In this document: one piece after another, positions 23,829 to 33,438 of the stretch
Layout: each line of letters begins with the position of its first letter
Numbering within the stretch: the stretch's first letter is position 1
Made by a program: the position numbers and the translations under genes
Origin: an uncultured Eubacteriales bacterium
Lineage (GTDB): Bacteria > Bacillota > Clostridia > Oscillospirales > Acutalibacteraceae
Reading direction: 5' to 3'
Assembly (NCBI GenBank): GCA_934630995.1
Contig: CAKTXU010000001.1
Coordinates: 1-33,442, forward strand
Length of the DNA: 33,442 nucleotides
The notes under the pieces: model-generated
The model's database searches: none
Told to the model about the DNA's origin: nothing
What the model saw: only the letters and a program-made list of their open reading frames with translations

Positions 23829-25045
23829 TAGTTGCTGAGATAAACATGTGCGAAAACGGGAGTACGGGAAGGATAATGCTGCAGCTTGCAGAGGTTGCGC
23901 GACTGAGGGGAATCCTTGCCGCAACGTATTCAACGCATCTGTTTTCAGTAAAATACCGAAAGCTCCCCCAGGCCCCGATGGGGCATGAATACTATGGGTC
24001 TTTTCTGGATAACGGGTTGCATTACATACTCCATTTGCTGACGGGTTTGAATGGGTGCTTCTCTTATCTCGGGACGTTACAGTTGATAAGAAAATTGAAA
24101 AAGCTCCGTCCTGATATCATACACCTGCACAATCTGCACGGCTGTTGTTTTTGCTTTCCTGCATTCATGAGATACGCTAAAAGGTATCGCATCCCTTTGG
24201 TCTGGACCCTTCATGATTGCTGGGCCTTTACAGGCGGGTGCCCTCATTTCGCTATGATTGGCTGTGAAAAATGGAAAACCGGGTGTCATCATTGTCCGCA
24301 ATACAAGGCGTATCCTAAGAGTTATGTGGACCAAAGCAAACTGATGTTTACTCTCAAAAAAAAGTGGTTCACAGGACTTGATGACTTGACCCTTGTCACA
24401 CCATCGCAGTGGCTAGCGGATTTGGTGAAGCAGTCCTTCCTGAAGGCTTATCCCGTTAGGGTAATCCATAATGGAATCGACTTGAGTGTATTCAAACAGA
24501 TCACAGGTAATTTTAAAGATAAGCATTTGATTCCACAAGGAAAACATATTGTCCTCGGCGTTTCATTATCCTGGAGCAATCGTAAAGGGCTGGATGTCTT
24601 CATTGAACTGTCCAGGCGTTTAGATTCGGAAAAATATCAGATTGTTCTTGTCGGTATTGGTAAGGAGCTGGCTCACGGCCTGCCTGACAATATCATTTCC
24701 ATAGACCACACACAAAATCAGGCAGAGCTTGCTGAAATATATAGTACTTCCGATGTATTTGTCAATCCTACAAGAGAGGATACCTTTCCGACGGTCAATT
24801 TGGAAGCCTTGGCCTGCGGAACACCTGTGGTCACATTTCAAACGGGGGGAAGTCCTGAATGCATCGACCCCTCCTCCGGCTCTGTTGTGGCATACGACGA
24901 CATAGATGCATTGCTGGCAGAGATTATTCATGTGTGCGGGGATAAGCCATATTCCTCTGCGTCCTGTGTTGAACGCGCTTCCAGGTTTGATAAAAATCAA
25001 AAACACCAAGAATACATGGCTGTTTACAAAAATCTGTTAAGATAA
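23825..25045 (+). CDS. Glycosyltransferase, GT4, with a Cys-rich N-domain insert
   Basis: ATGA overlap with wzy. NGSTGRIM, HLHNLHG, HDCWAFTGGCPHFAMIGCEKWKTGCHHCPQY and NPTREDTFPTVNLEALACGTPVV (EX7E) are present. Confidence 0.88.
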   Translation: MIVAEINMCENGSTGRIMLQLAEVARLRGILAATYSTHLFSVKYRKLPQAPMGHEYYGSFLDNGLHYILHLLTGLNGCFSYLGTLQLIRKLKKLRPDIIHLHNLHGCCFCFPAFMRYAKRYRIPLVWTLHDCWAFTGGCPHFAMIGCEKWKTGCHHCPQYKAYPKSYVDQSKLMFTLKKKWFTGLDDLTLVTPSQWLADLVKQSFLKAYPVRVIHNGIDLSVFKQITGNFKDKHLIPQGKHIVLGVSLSWSNRKGLDVFIELSRRLDSEKYQIVLVGIGKELAHGLPDNIISIDHTQNQAELAEIYSTSDVFVNPTREDTFPTVNLEALACGTPVVTFQTGGSPECIDPSSGSVVAYDDIDALLAEIIHVCGDKPYSSASCVERASRFDKNQKHQEYMAVYKNLLR

Positions 25046-25134
25046 ATCGCTATTTTGCATCATAGGAAATAATATCCTATAACGGGAATCATATTATGTG
25101 CAGCAAAAATCTATTGAGCAGAAAGATGAGTCGT

Positions 25135-26313
25135 ATGAAGATTCTTCATATTTGCCTTCAAGCGCCGTATAACGATAATTGGGGATATCAGGATAATCTG
25201 ATTCCAAAATATCATAGAAAGGCCGGCCATGACGTAACCGTAATAACGACGAACACGACGCAGACCGGGAATAGAATCTCTATAGTCGAGACAGGCGATT
25301 ATTTTCTTCCGGACGGCGTCCACATTATCAGACTGGATTATGTACGCTTTTTTCCCCGGAAAATAGCAGCGGTGCTGAAATACTATCGAATCCATGAGCT
25401 TTTAGAGGAACTGAAGCCGGATTTTATAATGGTACACGGCTTGGGAAATATTTCAGTCCTGCAGGTATATCGTTATGTGAAAAGGTGCAACCCAAAGTGT
25501 GTTGTAATCGCAGATAATCATCTTGATGAGTATAATGCCAATTTTCCACCCGGCCGAAAGGGAAGTCTGCTGATTTTCTTTTATAGACTACTGAATAAAA
25601 AAATGCAGAAGGTATATTCCAAAGTATTTGGCGTCACCCCCTGTAGGGTTTCCTATCAGGAAAGGATTTTTGGAATTCGTCCGTCAAAATCAGGTGTCCT
25701 GGTTATGGGTGGGGACGACGACAAAATTCATTTTGGCAGAAAAACTGAAATAAGCGAGGATATCCGCAAAAGATATACTATTGCTGAAGACGATTTTCTG
25801 ATAATCACAGGCGGAAAAATCGATGAGGCAAAGAATATCCATCTTTTGATGCAGGCTGTAAACGAGCTAGATAATGCTAAGGTGAAGTTGCTGGTATTTG
25901 GCCAGGCGAACGAGAGCTTCTCCGCTACTATCGGGGAGCTAGCAGCGGGGAAAAACATACGTTATATCGGATGGATCGATGCCGAACAGGTCTATGACTA
26001 CTTTTTAGCAGCCAATCTGGCGGTATTCCCGGGCACACACTCCGTTCTCTGGGAGCAGGCCTGCGCTTGCGGCATCCCTGCTGTTTTTAAAAAATGGGAA
26101 GGAATGGACCATGTAGACGTGGGCGGGAATTGTCTGTTCCTGTATCAGAACAGCAGTGACGAAATTAAACAGGTAATTGACAAAATTTATCGTCATAAAA
26201 AGCTGTATCAGGATATGCAGGCGGTATCCATTTCTAAGGGGAGAAAAACATTTTCCTATCGCGATATAGCGAAGAGAGCGATTGAATGGAATTATGATGA
26301 AAATTTTGAATAA
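25135..26313 (+). CDS. Glycosyltransferase, GT4
   Basis: MKILHICLQAPY..., HGLGN, LVFGQ and PGTHSVLWEQACACGIPAV. The start is uncertain (25096, 25126 or 25135). Confidence 0.8.
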   Translation: MKILHICLQAPYNDNWGYQDNLIPKYHRKAGHDVTVITTNTTQTGNRISIVETGDYFLPDGVHIIRLDYVRFFPRKIAAVLKYYRIHELLEELKPDFIMVHGLGNISVLQVYRYVKRCNPKCVVIADNHLDEYNANFPPGRKGSLLIFFYRLLNKKMQKVYSKVFGVTPCRVSYQERIFGIRPSKSGVLVMGGDDDKIHFGRKTEISEDIRKRYTIAEDDFLIITGGKIDEAKNIHLLMQAVNELDNAKVKLLVFGQANESFSATIGELAAGKNIRYIGWIDAEQVYDYFLAANLAVFPGTHSVLWEQACACGIPAVFKKWEGMDHVDVGGNCLFLYQNSSDEIKQVIDKIYRHKKLYQDMQAVSISKGRKTFSYRDIAKRAIEWNYDENFE

Positions 26314-27613
26314 AGAAGTAAAAAATGCGGGCTGGCTGATTGGCGGCAAGATTGCGCAGATGGTTTTGAGCCTGCTTGTCGGCCTGCTGACCGCCAGATA
26401 TTTGGGCCCGGGTAATTACGGCACAATAAACTACATAGCCGCTTATGTATCGTTTTTCACCTCATTCTGTACTTTAGGGATTAACTCTATAATAATTAAG
26501 GACTTTGTGGATCATCCGGATGAACAGGGAGAGGCCATAGGCTCCTCGATTTTGCTGAGATTGCTGTCCAGCCTCTGCTCCATCGTCATGATCCTATCAA
26601 TCGTTTCGATTGCGGACGCCGGCGACCGGCTGTTGTTTACTGTCGCCGTCCTCTGCAGTGTGGCGTTGATTTTTCAGACATTCGATACGATAAATTATTG
26701 GTTTCAGTCTCGCTATCAGTCCAAAATCACTTCGATTGCCTCCCTGATAGCATATGCGTCGGTATCGGTGTATAAAATTATTCTTCTGATTCTGCAAAAG
26801 GATATCTACTGGTTTGCTTTTTCGACTTCCGTCGATTACATAGTAGTAGCCGTTGTTCTGTTGATTGCTTATAGGAAAAACAATGGCCCTCAATTGAAAT
26901 TTTCATTCAAAAAATCCAGGGAATTGCTTGCAAGAAGCTATCATTACATATTATCCGGTATGATGGTGGCTATTTACGGCCAAACAGACAAGCTGATGCT
27001 GAAGCATATATTAAACGAGACAGAGGTTGGATATTATTCCACTGCGACCCATATATGCACCTTATGGGTTTTTGTGCTGGCCGCCATCATAGATTCGATG
27101 TATCCGACCATTTTGAATTTATATAAATCGGATAAACTCCAATTTGAAAGAAAGAATCGCCAGCTCTATGCCATCGTTTTCTATGTCTCCGTATTTGTTT
27201 CCTTATGTTTTGTTGTCTTTGGGAAACTGATTGTCAGTATACTATATGGCAAGGCTTATCTGCCGGCTGTCGGCCCGCTAAAAATTATTACCTGGTATAC
27301 GGCCTTTTCTTATCTTGGTGTGGCGCGAAACGCCTGGCTGGTCTGTGAGAATAAACAGAAATACCTGAAATTTCTCTATGCAGCGGCGGCAGTTATGAAC
27401 ATCGGACTGAATCTGCTATTTATTCCCTTATGGGGGGCTTCCGGCGCGGCCTTTGCTTCCTTACTGACGCAGATTCTTTCTTCCATTGTGTTCCCTGCCC
27501 TGCTTCCCGCCATGCGTCCCAATACAAAACTTATGCTCTCGGCAGTCATGCTGCGTGATGTATTCCCAAAAAAGAAGCATCCTGCATCAAAACCGGACGA
27601 CAGCGGACGTTGA
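26282..27613 (+). CDS. wzx: Wzx-type flippase (MOP/polysaccharide biosynthesis protein family)
   Basis: About 12-14 TM segments, with the typical N-terminus ...NAGWLIGGKIAQMVLSLLVGLLTARYLGPGNYG. It overlaps the upstream GT stop. The start could be 26282, 26294 or 26297. Confidence 0.85.
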   Translation: MNGIMMKILNKEVKNAGWLIGGKIAQMVLSLLVGLLTARYLGPGNYGTINYIAAYVSFFTSFCTLGINSIIIKDFVDHPDEQGEAIGSSILLRLLSSLCSIVMILSIVSIADAGDRLLFTVAVLCSVALIFQTFDTINYWFQSRYQSKITSIASLIAYASVSVYKIILLILQKDIYWFAFSTSVDYIVVAVVLLIAYRKNNGPQLKFSFKKSRELLARSYHYILSGMMVAIYGQTDKLMLKHILNETEVGYYSTATHICTLWVFVLAAIIDSMYPTILNLYKSDKLQFERKNRQLYAIVFYVSVFVSLCFVVFGKLIVSILYGKAYLPAVGPLKIITWYTAFSYLGVARNAWLVCENKQKYLKFLYAAAAVMNIGLNLLFIPLWGASGAAFASLLTQILSSIVFPALLPAMRPNTKLMLSAVMLRDVFPKKKHPASKPDDSGR

Positions 27614-27644
27614 AGATTACCAATTAAAAATAAGGAGAACGATT

Positions 27645-28964
27645 ATGTCTTTATACGATGCCCTTTTAAGTAAAAAAGAAAAATTATCCCTGATAGGTCT
27701 CGGATATGTCGGTATGCCTATTGCCGTCGCATTTGCGGAAAAGGTGGATGTAATCGGCTTTGATTTAAACGTAGCGAAAATCGAGCTTTATAAACAAGGC
27801 ATGGACCCGACCCATGAAGTGGGCGACGAAACCGTTAGAAATACAACAGTAGAATTTACCGCAGATGAGCATAGGCTTCAGGACGCCAGGTTTCATATTG
27901 TGGCGGTACCTACCCCTGTCAATCTGGATCATACACCCGATTTATCTCCTGTCGAAGGGGCCAGCCGGATACTGGGGCGGAACCTGACAAAAGGGTCTAT
28001 TGTCGTTTTCGAATCCACTGTATATCCCGGTGTTACAGAGGATGTCTGCGTGCCTATATTGGAAAAGGAATCGGGCATGAAATGCGGTGTAGATTTCAAG
28101 GTCGGATACTCGCCCGAGCGCATCAACCCGGGGGACAAGGTACACCGGCTCCAAAATATTCGCAAAATCGTTTCCGGTATGGATGTGGAATCCCTAACGG
28201 AAATAAAAAAGGTATATGAATTGGTTATTGAAGCGGGGACATATCCTGTCAGCAGTATCAAAACCGCCGAGGCAATAAAGGTGGTGGAAAACAGTCAGCG
28301 GGATATCAATATTGCATTTATGAATGAGCTTGCCATGGTGTTTAACCGGATGGGCATAGATACCAATGAGGTCGTGGACGGTATGAATACCAAGTGGAAC
28401 GCATTGGGTTTCAGGCCCGGACTGGTCGGCGGACACTGTATTGGCGTTGATCCGTACTATTTTACATACGAGGCTGAAAAGCTGGGATACCACAGCCAAA
28501 TAATCCTCAACGGGCGTATTGTGAATGACGGGATGGGGAAGTTCGTTGCGGACGCTGCCATTCAACAGATGATAGCGGCGGGACAAGCCCCTAGAAAGTC
28601 GCGTGTGGTGATTCTCGGCCTGACATTTAAAGAGAATTGTCCCGACACCAGAAACAGCAAGGTCAATGATATTATAAAACGTTTACATGAATTCGAAGTC
28701 TCTCCGATGGTTGTCGATATGTGGGCAAACCAAGCAGATGCTTTCAGTGAATACGGCGTGAGGCTGTCCAATATGGAGGATATACATGACGCGGATTGCA
28801 TCATTGTTGCCGTTGCCCACGATGAATTCAAGGCGCTTCCGCTCGACAGAATAAAGGCTTTTTATAAAGCCGGCAGCGATAATGAGAAAGTGCTGATTGA
28901 TGTAAAGGGAGTATATACAATAGAGGCTTTAAAGGCTTCCGGGTTGAGGTTTTGGAGGTTATAA
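27645..28964 (+). CDS. Nucleotide-sugar 6-dehydrogenase, TviB/WbpO/CapL-like (UDP-GlcNAc or UDP-ManNAc dehydrogenase)
   Basis: ORF trimmed to the ATG at 27645, preceded by AAGGAGA. LSLIGLGYVGMPIAVAFA (Rossmann), GYSPERINPGD and GGHCIGVDPYY (catalytic Cys). Confidence 0.92.
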   Translation: MSLYDALLSKKEKLSLIGLGYVGMPIAVAFAEKVDVIGFDLNVAKIELYKQGMDPTHEVGDETVRNTTVEFTADEHRLQDARFHIVAVPTPVNLDHTPDLSPVEGASRILGRNLTKGSIVVFESTVYPGVTEDVCVPILEKESGMKCGVDFKVGYSPERINPGDKVHRLQNIRKIVSGMDVESLTEIKKVYELVIEAGTYPVSSIKTAEAIKVVENSQRDINIAFMNELAMVFNRMGIDTNEVVDGMNTKWNALGFRPGLVGGHCIGVDPYYFTYEAEKLGYHSQIILNGRIVNDGMGKFVADAAIQQMIAAGQAPRKSRVVILGLTFKENCPDTRNSKVNDIIKRLHEFEVSPMVVDMWANQADAFSEYGVRLSNMEDIHDADCIIVAVAHDEFKALPLDRIKAFYKAGSDNEKVLIDVKGVYTIEALKASGLRFWRL

Positions 28965-28966
28965 AT

Positions 28967-30019
28967 ATGTCACTTTTCAAGGACAAGAGCCTATTAATCA
29001 CAGGTGGGACAGGGAGCTTCGGCAATGCCGTATTGAACCGTTTTCTGAAAACGGATATCGGGGAAATCCGGATAATATCGCGTGACGAGAAGAAGCAGGA
29101 CGATATGCGTCACGAGTTCCAGTCGCGGGAGCCGGAGGCGGCGGAGAAGATACGGTTCCACATCGGGGATGTGAGGGACTTGGCGAGCGTAAAGAACGCG
29201 ATGCACGGAGTGGATTACATCTTCCACGCGGCGGCGCTCAAGCAGGTGCCGTCCTGCGAGTTTTTCCCGCTGGAGGCGGTGAAGACCAATGTGCTTGGCA
29301 CGGACAACGTGCTGACGGCGGCAATAGAGGCGGGCGTGAAATCGGTGATCTGCCTGTCCACCGACAAGGCGGCGTATCCGGTCAACGCCATGGGCACCAG
29401 CAAGGCGATGATGGAAAAGGTGATCGTGGCCAAATCCCGCACGGTAGCGCCCGAAAAGACGAAAATCTGCTGCACGCGCTACGGAAATGTGATGTGCAGC
29501 CGTGGCAGCGTGATTCCGCTGTGGATTGAGCAGCTCAAGGCGGGAAAGCCGATCACCATCACCGAGCCGTCGATGACCCGCTTCATCATGTCGCTTGACG
29601 AGGCCGTGGACCTGGTGCTGTTCGCGTTCGAGAACGGTGTATCGGGGGACATTATGGTGCAGAAGGCGCCGGCATGCACGATAGAGGTGCTGGCACAGGC
29701 GGTGAAGGAGCTGTTTCATGCGGACGGGGAAATCAAGGTGATCGGTATCCGGCACGGCGAAAAAATGTACGAAACCCTGCTGACCAATGAGGAATGCGCG
29801 AACGCGTTCGATCTGGGCGACTTCTACCGCGTGCCCTGCGACAAGCGCGACCTGAATTATGACAAGTATTTCAAGGAGGGCGACGTCGAACGCAATCCGC
29901 TGACCGAGTTCAACTCCAACAACACGAACTTGCTGGATGTGGAGCAGGTGAAGGAAAAGCTGCTGACGCTTTCGTACATCCGGGAGGAAGTCGCCGCCTG
30001 GGAAAAGGAGAAACAATAA
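28967..30019 (+). CDS. capE: UDP-GlcNAc 4,6-dehydratase/5-epimerase (inverting), CapE/FnlA/WbjB family
   Basis: The ATG at 28967 follows GGAGG and the upstream stop. MSLFKDKSLLITGGTGSFGNAV, STDKAAYPVNAMGTSKAMMEK and RYGNVMCSRGSVIPL are CapE/FnlA hallmarks. Confidence 0.93.
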   Translation: MSLFKDKSLLITGGTGSFGNAVLNRFLKTDIGEIRIISRDEKKQDDMRHEFQSREPEAAEKIRFHIGDVRDLASVKNAMHGVDYIFHAAALKQVPSCEFFPLEAVKTNVLGTDNVLTAAIEAGVKSVICLSTDKAAYPVNAMGTSKAMMEKVIVAKSRTVAPEKTKICCTRYGNVMCSRGSVIPLWIEQLKAGKPITITEPSMTRFIMSLDEAVDLVLFAFENGVSGDIMVQKAPACTIEVLAQAVKELFHADGEIKVIGIRHGEKMYETLLTNEECANAFDLGDFYRVPCDKRDLNYDKYFKEGDVERNPLTEFNSNNTNLLDVEQVKEKLLTLSYIREEVAAWEKEKQ

Positions 30020-30022
30020 GCG

Positions 30023-30691
30023 TTGAAAAAGCATTTATTGGAATTTTTAGAAAAAAAGCCCTCCATATTTAGATTGTGTGTTTTCATTTATAATATTATT
30101 TTTTCTGGAAACTGGGGGCTATTCAAGAAAATCACTGCTCCATATGCCATTTTTAAGAAAATCAATTTAACCGTTAAAGGAACAGGAAATACAATTATTA
30201 TTGACAAATGGTCACAATTGAACCGCTGCAAGATTGTGATTTACGGAAATAATAATGTGATCCATATAGGTCAAAATTGTAAATTGACAGAAACCTGCTT
30301 TTGGATAGAAGATGATAACAATGAGATATCAATCGCCGATAAAACATATTTATGCGGAAAAACACAACTTGCATGCATTGAAGGAACCCGAATATCCATT
30401 GGAGAAGGTTGCCTCTTCTCAAGCGATATTTTGTTTAGAACCGGTGACAGCCATTCTATAGTAGACATGGATGGGGAGCGTATAAATACATCAATGAATA
30501 TTACAATCGGAAATCATGTCTGGATTGGTGTAAGAGCATTTATAGGAAAAGGTGTTTTAATTTCCGACAACTCGATTGTTGGTGCATGTTCTTGTGTAAC
30601 CAGAAAATTTGAACAGTGTAACGTTGTTATTGCAGGAAATCCCGCAAAAATTGTTAAAGAAAACATCGATTGGAAAAATGAACGGCTATGA
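30023..30691 (+). CDS. Hexapeptide-repeat (LbH) O-acetyltransferase, AT-rich cassette
   Basis: TTG start 3 nt after the capE stop, and the stop overlaps the capF ATG (ATGA at 30688-30691). ISIGEGCLFSSDILFRTGDSHSI...ITIGNHVWIGVRAFIGKGVLISDNSIVGACSCV...VIAGNPAKIV is a typical polysaccharide O-acetyltransferase. Confidence 0.85.
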   Translation: MKKHLLEFLEKKPSIFRLCVFIYNIIFSGNWGLFKKITAPYAIFKKINLTVKGTGNTIIIDKWSQLNRCKIVIYGNNNVIHIGQNCKLTETCFWIEDDNNEISIADKTYLCGKTQLACIEGTRISIGEGCLFSSDILFRTGDSHSIVDMDGERINTSMNITIGNHVWIGVRAFIGKGVLISDNSIVGACSCVTRKFEQCNVVIAGNPAKIVKENIDWKNERL

Positions 30692-31830
30692 AAATACTGA
30701 TAACCGGGGCGAAGGGGTTCATCGGGAAGAATCTGGTGACGACGCTGGAGGCGGTGAGGGACGGGAAGGATAAAAGCCGTGGATTACCGCAGGAGCTGAC
30801 CATCCTGGCCTATGACCTGGACACGGAGCCGTCGCTGCTGGAGGAGTACTGCGGGGCGGCGGATTTCGTGTTTCATCTGGCGGGAGTGAACCGTCCGAAG
30901 GAGCAGCGGGAATTCATGGAGGGGAATTTTGGCTTCACCTCGGTGCTGCTGGAGACGCTGAAAAGGCAGGGGAACACCTGCCCGGTGATGCTGTCCAGCT
31001 CGACCCAGGCGGAACTGGACAACCCGTACGGTGAAAGCAAAAAAGCCGGGGAAGAGCTGCTGCTGACCTATGGGAGAGAGACGGGAGCGGCCGTCTATGT
31101 ATACCGGTTTGCGAATGTGTTCGGGAAGTGGTGCCGTCCGGGGTATAACAGCGCGGTGGCGACGTTCTGCCACAACATCGCGCGGGACCTGCCGATACAG
31201 GTGAACGACCGGAACACGGAGCTGACGCTGGTGTATATCGACGATGTGGTGGAAGAGCTGCTGCGGGCGCTGGCGGGCAATCCGACCCGGGAAGGGGATT
31301 ACTGCCGGGTGCCGGTGACGTATAAGGCGAGGCTGGGCCAGATTGTGGATATGCTGCATGGTTTTCGGGCAAGCCGGGAGGAACGGAGCGTACCGGATAT
31401 GTCGGACAGCCTGACGAAGAAGCTGTATGCGACGTATCTGAGCTATCTGCCGCCGGACGGCTTTGCGTATCCGCTGAAAATGAACGAGGACGCGCGGGGG
31501 AGCTTTACCGAGATTCTGCGTACAGCTGACCGCGGGCAGTTCAGCGTGAACATCTCCAAGCCCGGCATCACCAAGGGGAATCACTGGCACCATACCAAGA
31601 ACGAGAAGTTCCTGGTGGTGTCTGGAAAGGGAGTCATCCGGTTCCGCAAGCCGGGGGAGGAGACGGTGTACGAGTATCCGGTCAGCGGGGAGAAGCTCAC
31701 GGTGGTGGATATCCCAACCGGGTATACCCACCATATCGAAAATCTGGGTGACACGGATATGGTGACCTTCATGTGGTGCAATGAATGCTTCGACCCGGAG
31801 AAGCCGGACACCTATTATCTGGAGGTATGA
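30688..31830 (+). CDS. capF: CapF/FnlB-like bifunctional reductase/epimerase (SDR domain plus C-terminal cupin)
   Basis: MKILITGAKGFIGKNL..., YGESKKAGE, and the C-terminal cupin segment ARGSFTEIL...ITKGNHWHHTKNEKFLVVSGKG. Confidence 0.92.
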   Translation: MKILITGAKGFIGKNLVTTLEAVRDGKDKSRGLPQELTILAYDLDTEPSLLEEYCGAADFVFHLAGVNRPKEQREFMEGNFGFTSVLLETLKRQGNTCPVMLSSSTQAELDNPYGESKKAGEELLLTYGRETGAAVYVYRFANVFGKWCRPGYNSAVATFCHNIARDLPIQVNDRNTELTLVYIDDVVEELLRALAGNPTREGDYCRVPVTYKARLGQIVDMLHGFRASREERSVPDMSDSLTKKLYATYLSYLPPDGFAYPLKMNEDARGSFTEILRTADRGQFSVNISKPGITKGNHWHHTKNEKFLVVSGKGVIRFRKPGEETVYEYPVSGEKLTVVDIPTGYTHHIENLGDTDMVTFMWCNECFDPEKPDTYYLEV

Positions 31831-32378
31831 GGCGGCGTATGGTTCTGGCGGTGCTGGGTATGCTGAGCCTGGCGCTGACGGGGTTGATATGGGGGAATTC
31901 GCTGGAGGGAAGCCAAGCGTCGAATGAGAAGAGCGACGCGGTGACAGAGGTGATTCAGCAGGCGGTAGACCCAGGGCATAGCGGTGCGGGGATATCGGCG
32001 CGTGCGGTGAGGAAATGGGCGCATTTCGGGGAGTACATGGTGCTGGGAGGGTGCGTGTACGGGTGGACGGCGGTATACCGGAGGCGTGTGGCGGATGAGC
32101 TGGTGTTACTGCCGGTGTTCGAGGTGCTGCTGACAGGGGTGCTGGACGAATATATCCAGAGCTTCACGGGACGGACGAGCCAGGTATCGGATATACTCAT
32201 CGACTTCGGCGGAGGGGTGGCGGGGATTATGGTGGCCATGGGAATCGCGGCACTCGGCCTGTGGAGGAGAAAACGGAAAGCAAAGGAGAAGGCGGATGTC
32301 AAAGCTGAAGCTGATGACGATAGTGGGGACACGGCCGGAAATCATCCGGCTGTCGGAGGTCATCAAGAAATGCGATAG
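31827..32378 (+). CDS. VanZ-like family membrane protein
   Basis: ATGA overlap with the capF stop, preceded by GGAGG. WAHFGEYMVLGG... and DEYIQSFTGRTSQVSDILIDFGGGVAGI match VanZ-like motifs. The charged tail overlaps capG by 83 nt. Confidence 0.75.
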   Translation: MRRRMVLAVLGMLSLALTGLIWGNSLEGSQASNEKSDAVTEVIQQAVDPGHSGAGISARAVRKWAHFGEYMVLGGCVYGWTAVYRRRVADELVLLPVFEVLLTGVLDEYIQSFTGRTSQVSDILIDFGGGVAGIMVAMGIAALGLWRRKRKAKEKADVKAEADDDSGDTAGNHPAVGGHQEMR

Positions 32379-33438
32379 ATATTTTGAACAGATATTGGTG
32401 CACACGGGCCAGAACTACGACTATGAGCTGAATCAGATATTTTTCGAGGAGCTGGGTCTGCGTGAGCCGGATGCGTATCTGGAGGCGGTGGGAAGGGACC
32501 TGGGGGAAACCATCGGGAACATCATCGCGAAATCATACCGTCTGATGGAGGAGAGGAAGCCGGATGCGCTGCTGATATTGGGGGACACGAACTCGTGTCT
32601 GAGCGCGATAGGGGCAAAGCGTCTGCACATCCCGATATTCCATATGGAGGCTGGAAACCGCTGTTTTGACGAATGTCTGCCGGAGGAGACGAACCGCAGG
32701 ATAGTGGACCACATAGCGGATGTAAACCTGTGCTACAGCGAGCATGCCAGACGATATCTGAATGCGGAGGGGACGGCAAAAGAACGCACCTATGTGACGG
32801 GTTCGCCGATGGCAGAGGTGTTGCATGCCAATCTAGAGGCGATACGGCGTTCGGATATCCTGGAGCGCCTTGGTCTGGAAGTGGGGAAGTATATTCTGCT
32901 GTCGGCGCACCGGGAGGAAAATATCGATGAGGAGAAGAACTTTTTCAGCCTGATGGAGGCGGTGAACGCGCTGGCGGAGAGATACGACATGCCGGTGCTG
33001 TACTCGTGTCATCCGCGGAGTGCGAAATATATCGAGCAGCGTGGGTTTGTGTTTGACCGCCGTGTGAGGAGGCACAAGCCGCTGGGGTTTCATGACTACA
33101 ACCGGCTGCAGATGAAGGCATATGCGGTGGTGTCGGACAGCGGGACGCTGCCGGAAGAGTCGAGCTATTTTTTATCGGTGGGGAACCCGATAGCGGCGGT
33201 GTGTATCCGGACGTCGACGGAGAGGCCGGAGGCGCTGGACAAGGGGAACTTCATTTTGGCCGGGATAACGAAGGAGCAGGTGCTGCAGGGAGTGGAGACG
33301 GCGGTGGAGATGACCCGGAGAGGTGACAATGGGATACCGGTGCCGGACTATGAGGAAGAGAACGTGTCGGCAAAGGTGGTCAAGCTGATACAGTCCTACA
33401 CCGGCGTGGTCAACAGGATGGTGTGGAGAAAAGGGTGA
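32296..33438 (+). CDS. capG: UDP-N-acetylglucosamine 2-epimerase (non-hydrolysing), CapG/FnlC/WbjD type
   Basis: AAGGAGAAGG RBS. MSKLKLMTIVGTRPEIIRLS..., LGDTNSCL, HMEAGNRCFD and VSDSGTLPEES. Position after capE/capF supports the call. Confidence 0.93.
   Translation: MSKLKLMTIVGTRPEIIRLSEVIKKCDRYFEQILVHTGQNYDYELNQIFFEELGLREPDAYLEAVGRDLGETIGNIIAKSYRLMEERKPDALLILGDTNSCLSAIGAKRLHIPIFHMEAGNRCFDECLPEETNRRIVDHIADVNLCYSEHARRYLNAEGTAKERTYVTGSPMAEVLHANLEAIRRSDILERLGLEVGKYILLSAHREENIDEEKNFFSLMEAVNALAERYDMPVLYSCHPRSAKYIEQRGFVFDRRVRRHKPLGFHDYNRLQMKAYAVVSDSGTLPEESSYFLSVGNPIAAVCIRTSTERPEALDKGNFILAGITKEQVLQGVETAVEMTRRGDNGIPVPDYEEENVSAKVVKLIQSYTGVVNRMVWRKG

Noticed and set aside
28994-31734. 346-aa (28994..30034) and 316-aa (30784..31734) minus-strand ORFs
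   Set aside because: They are antisense to capE and capF, which have hallmark motifs. They are Arg/Leu/His-rich shadow ORFs in GC-rich DNA.
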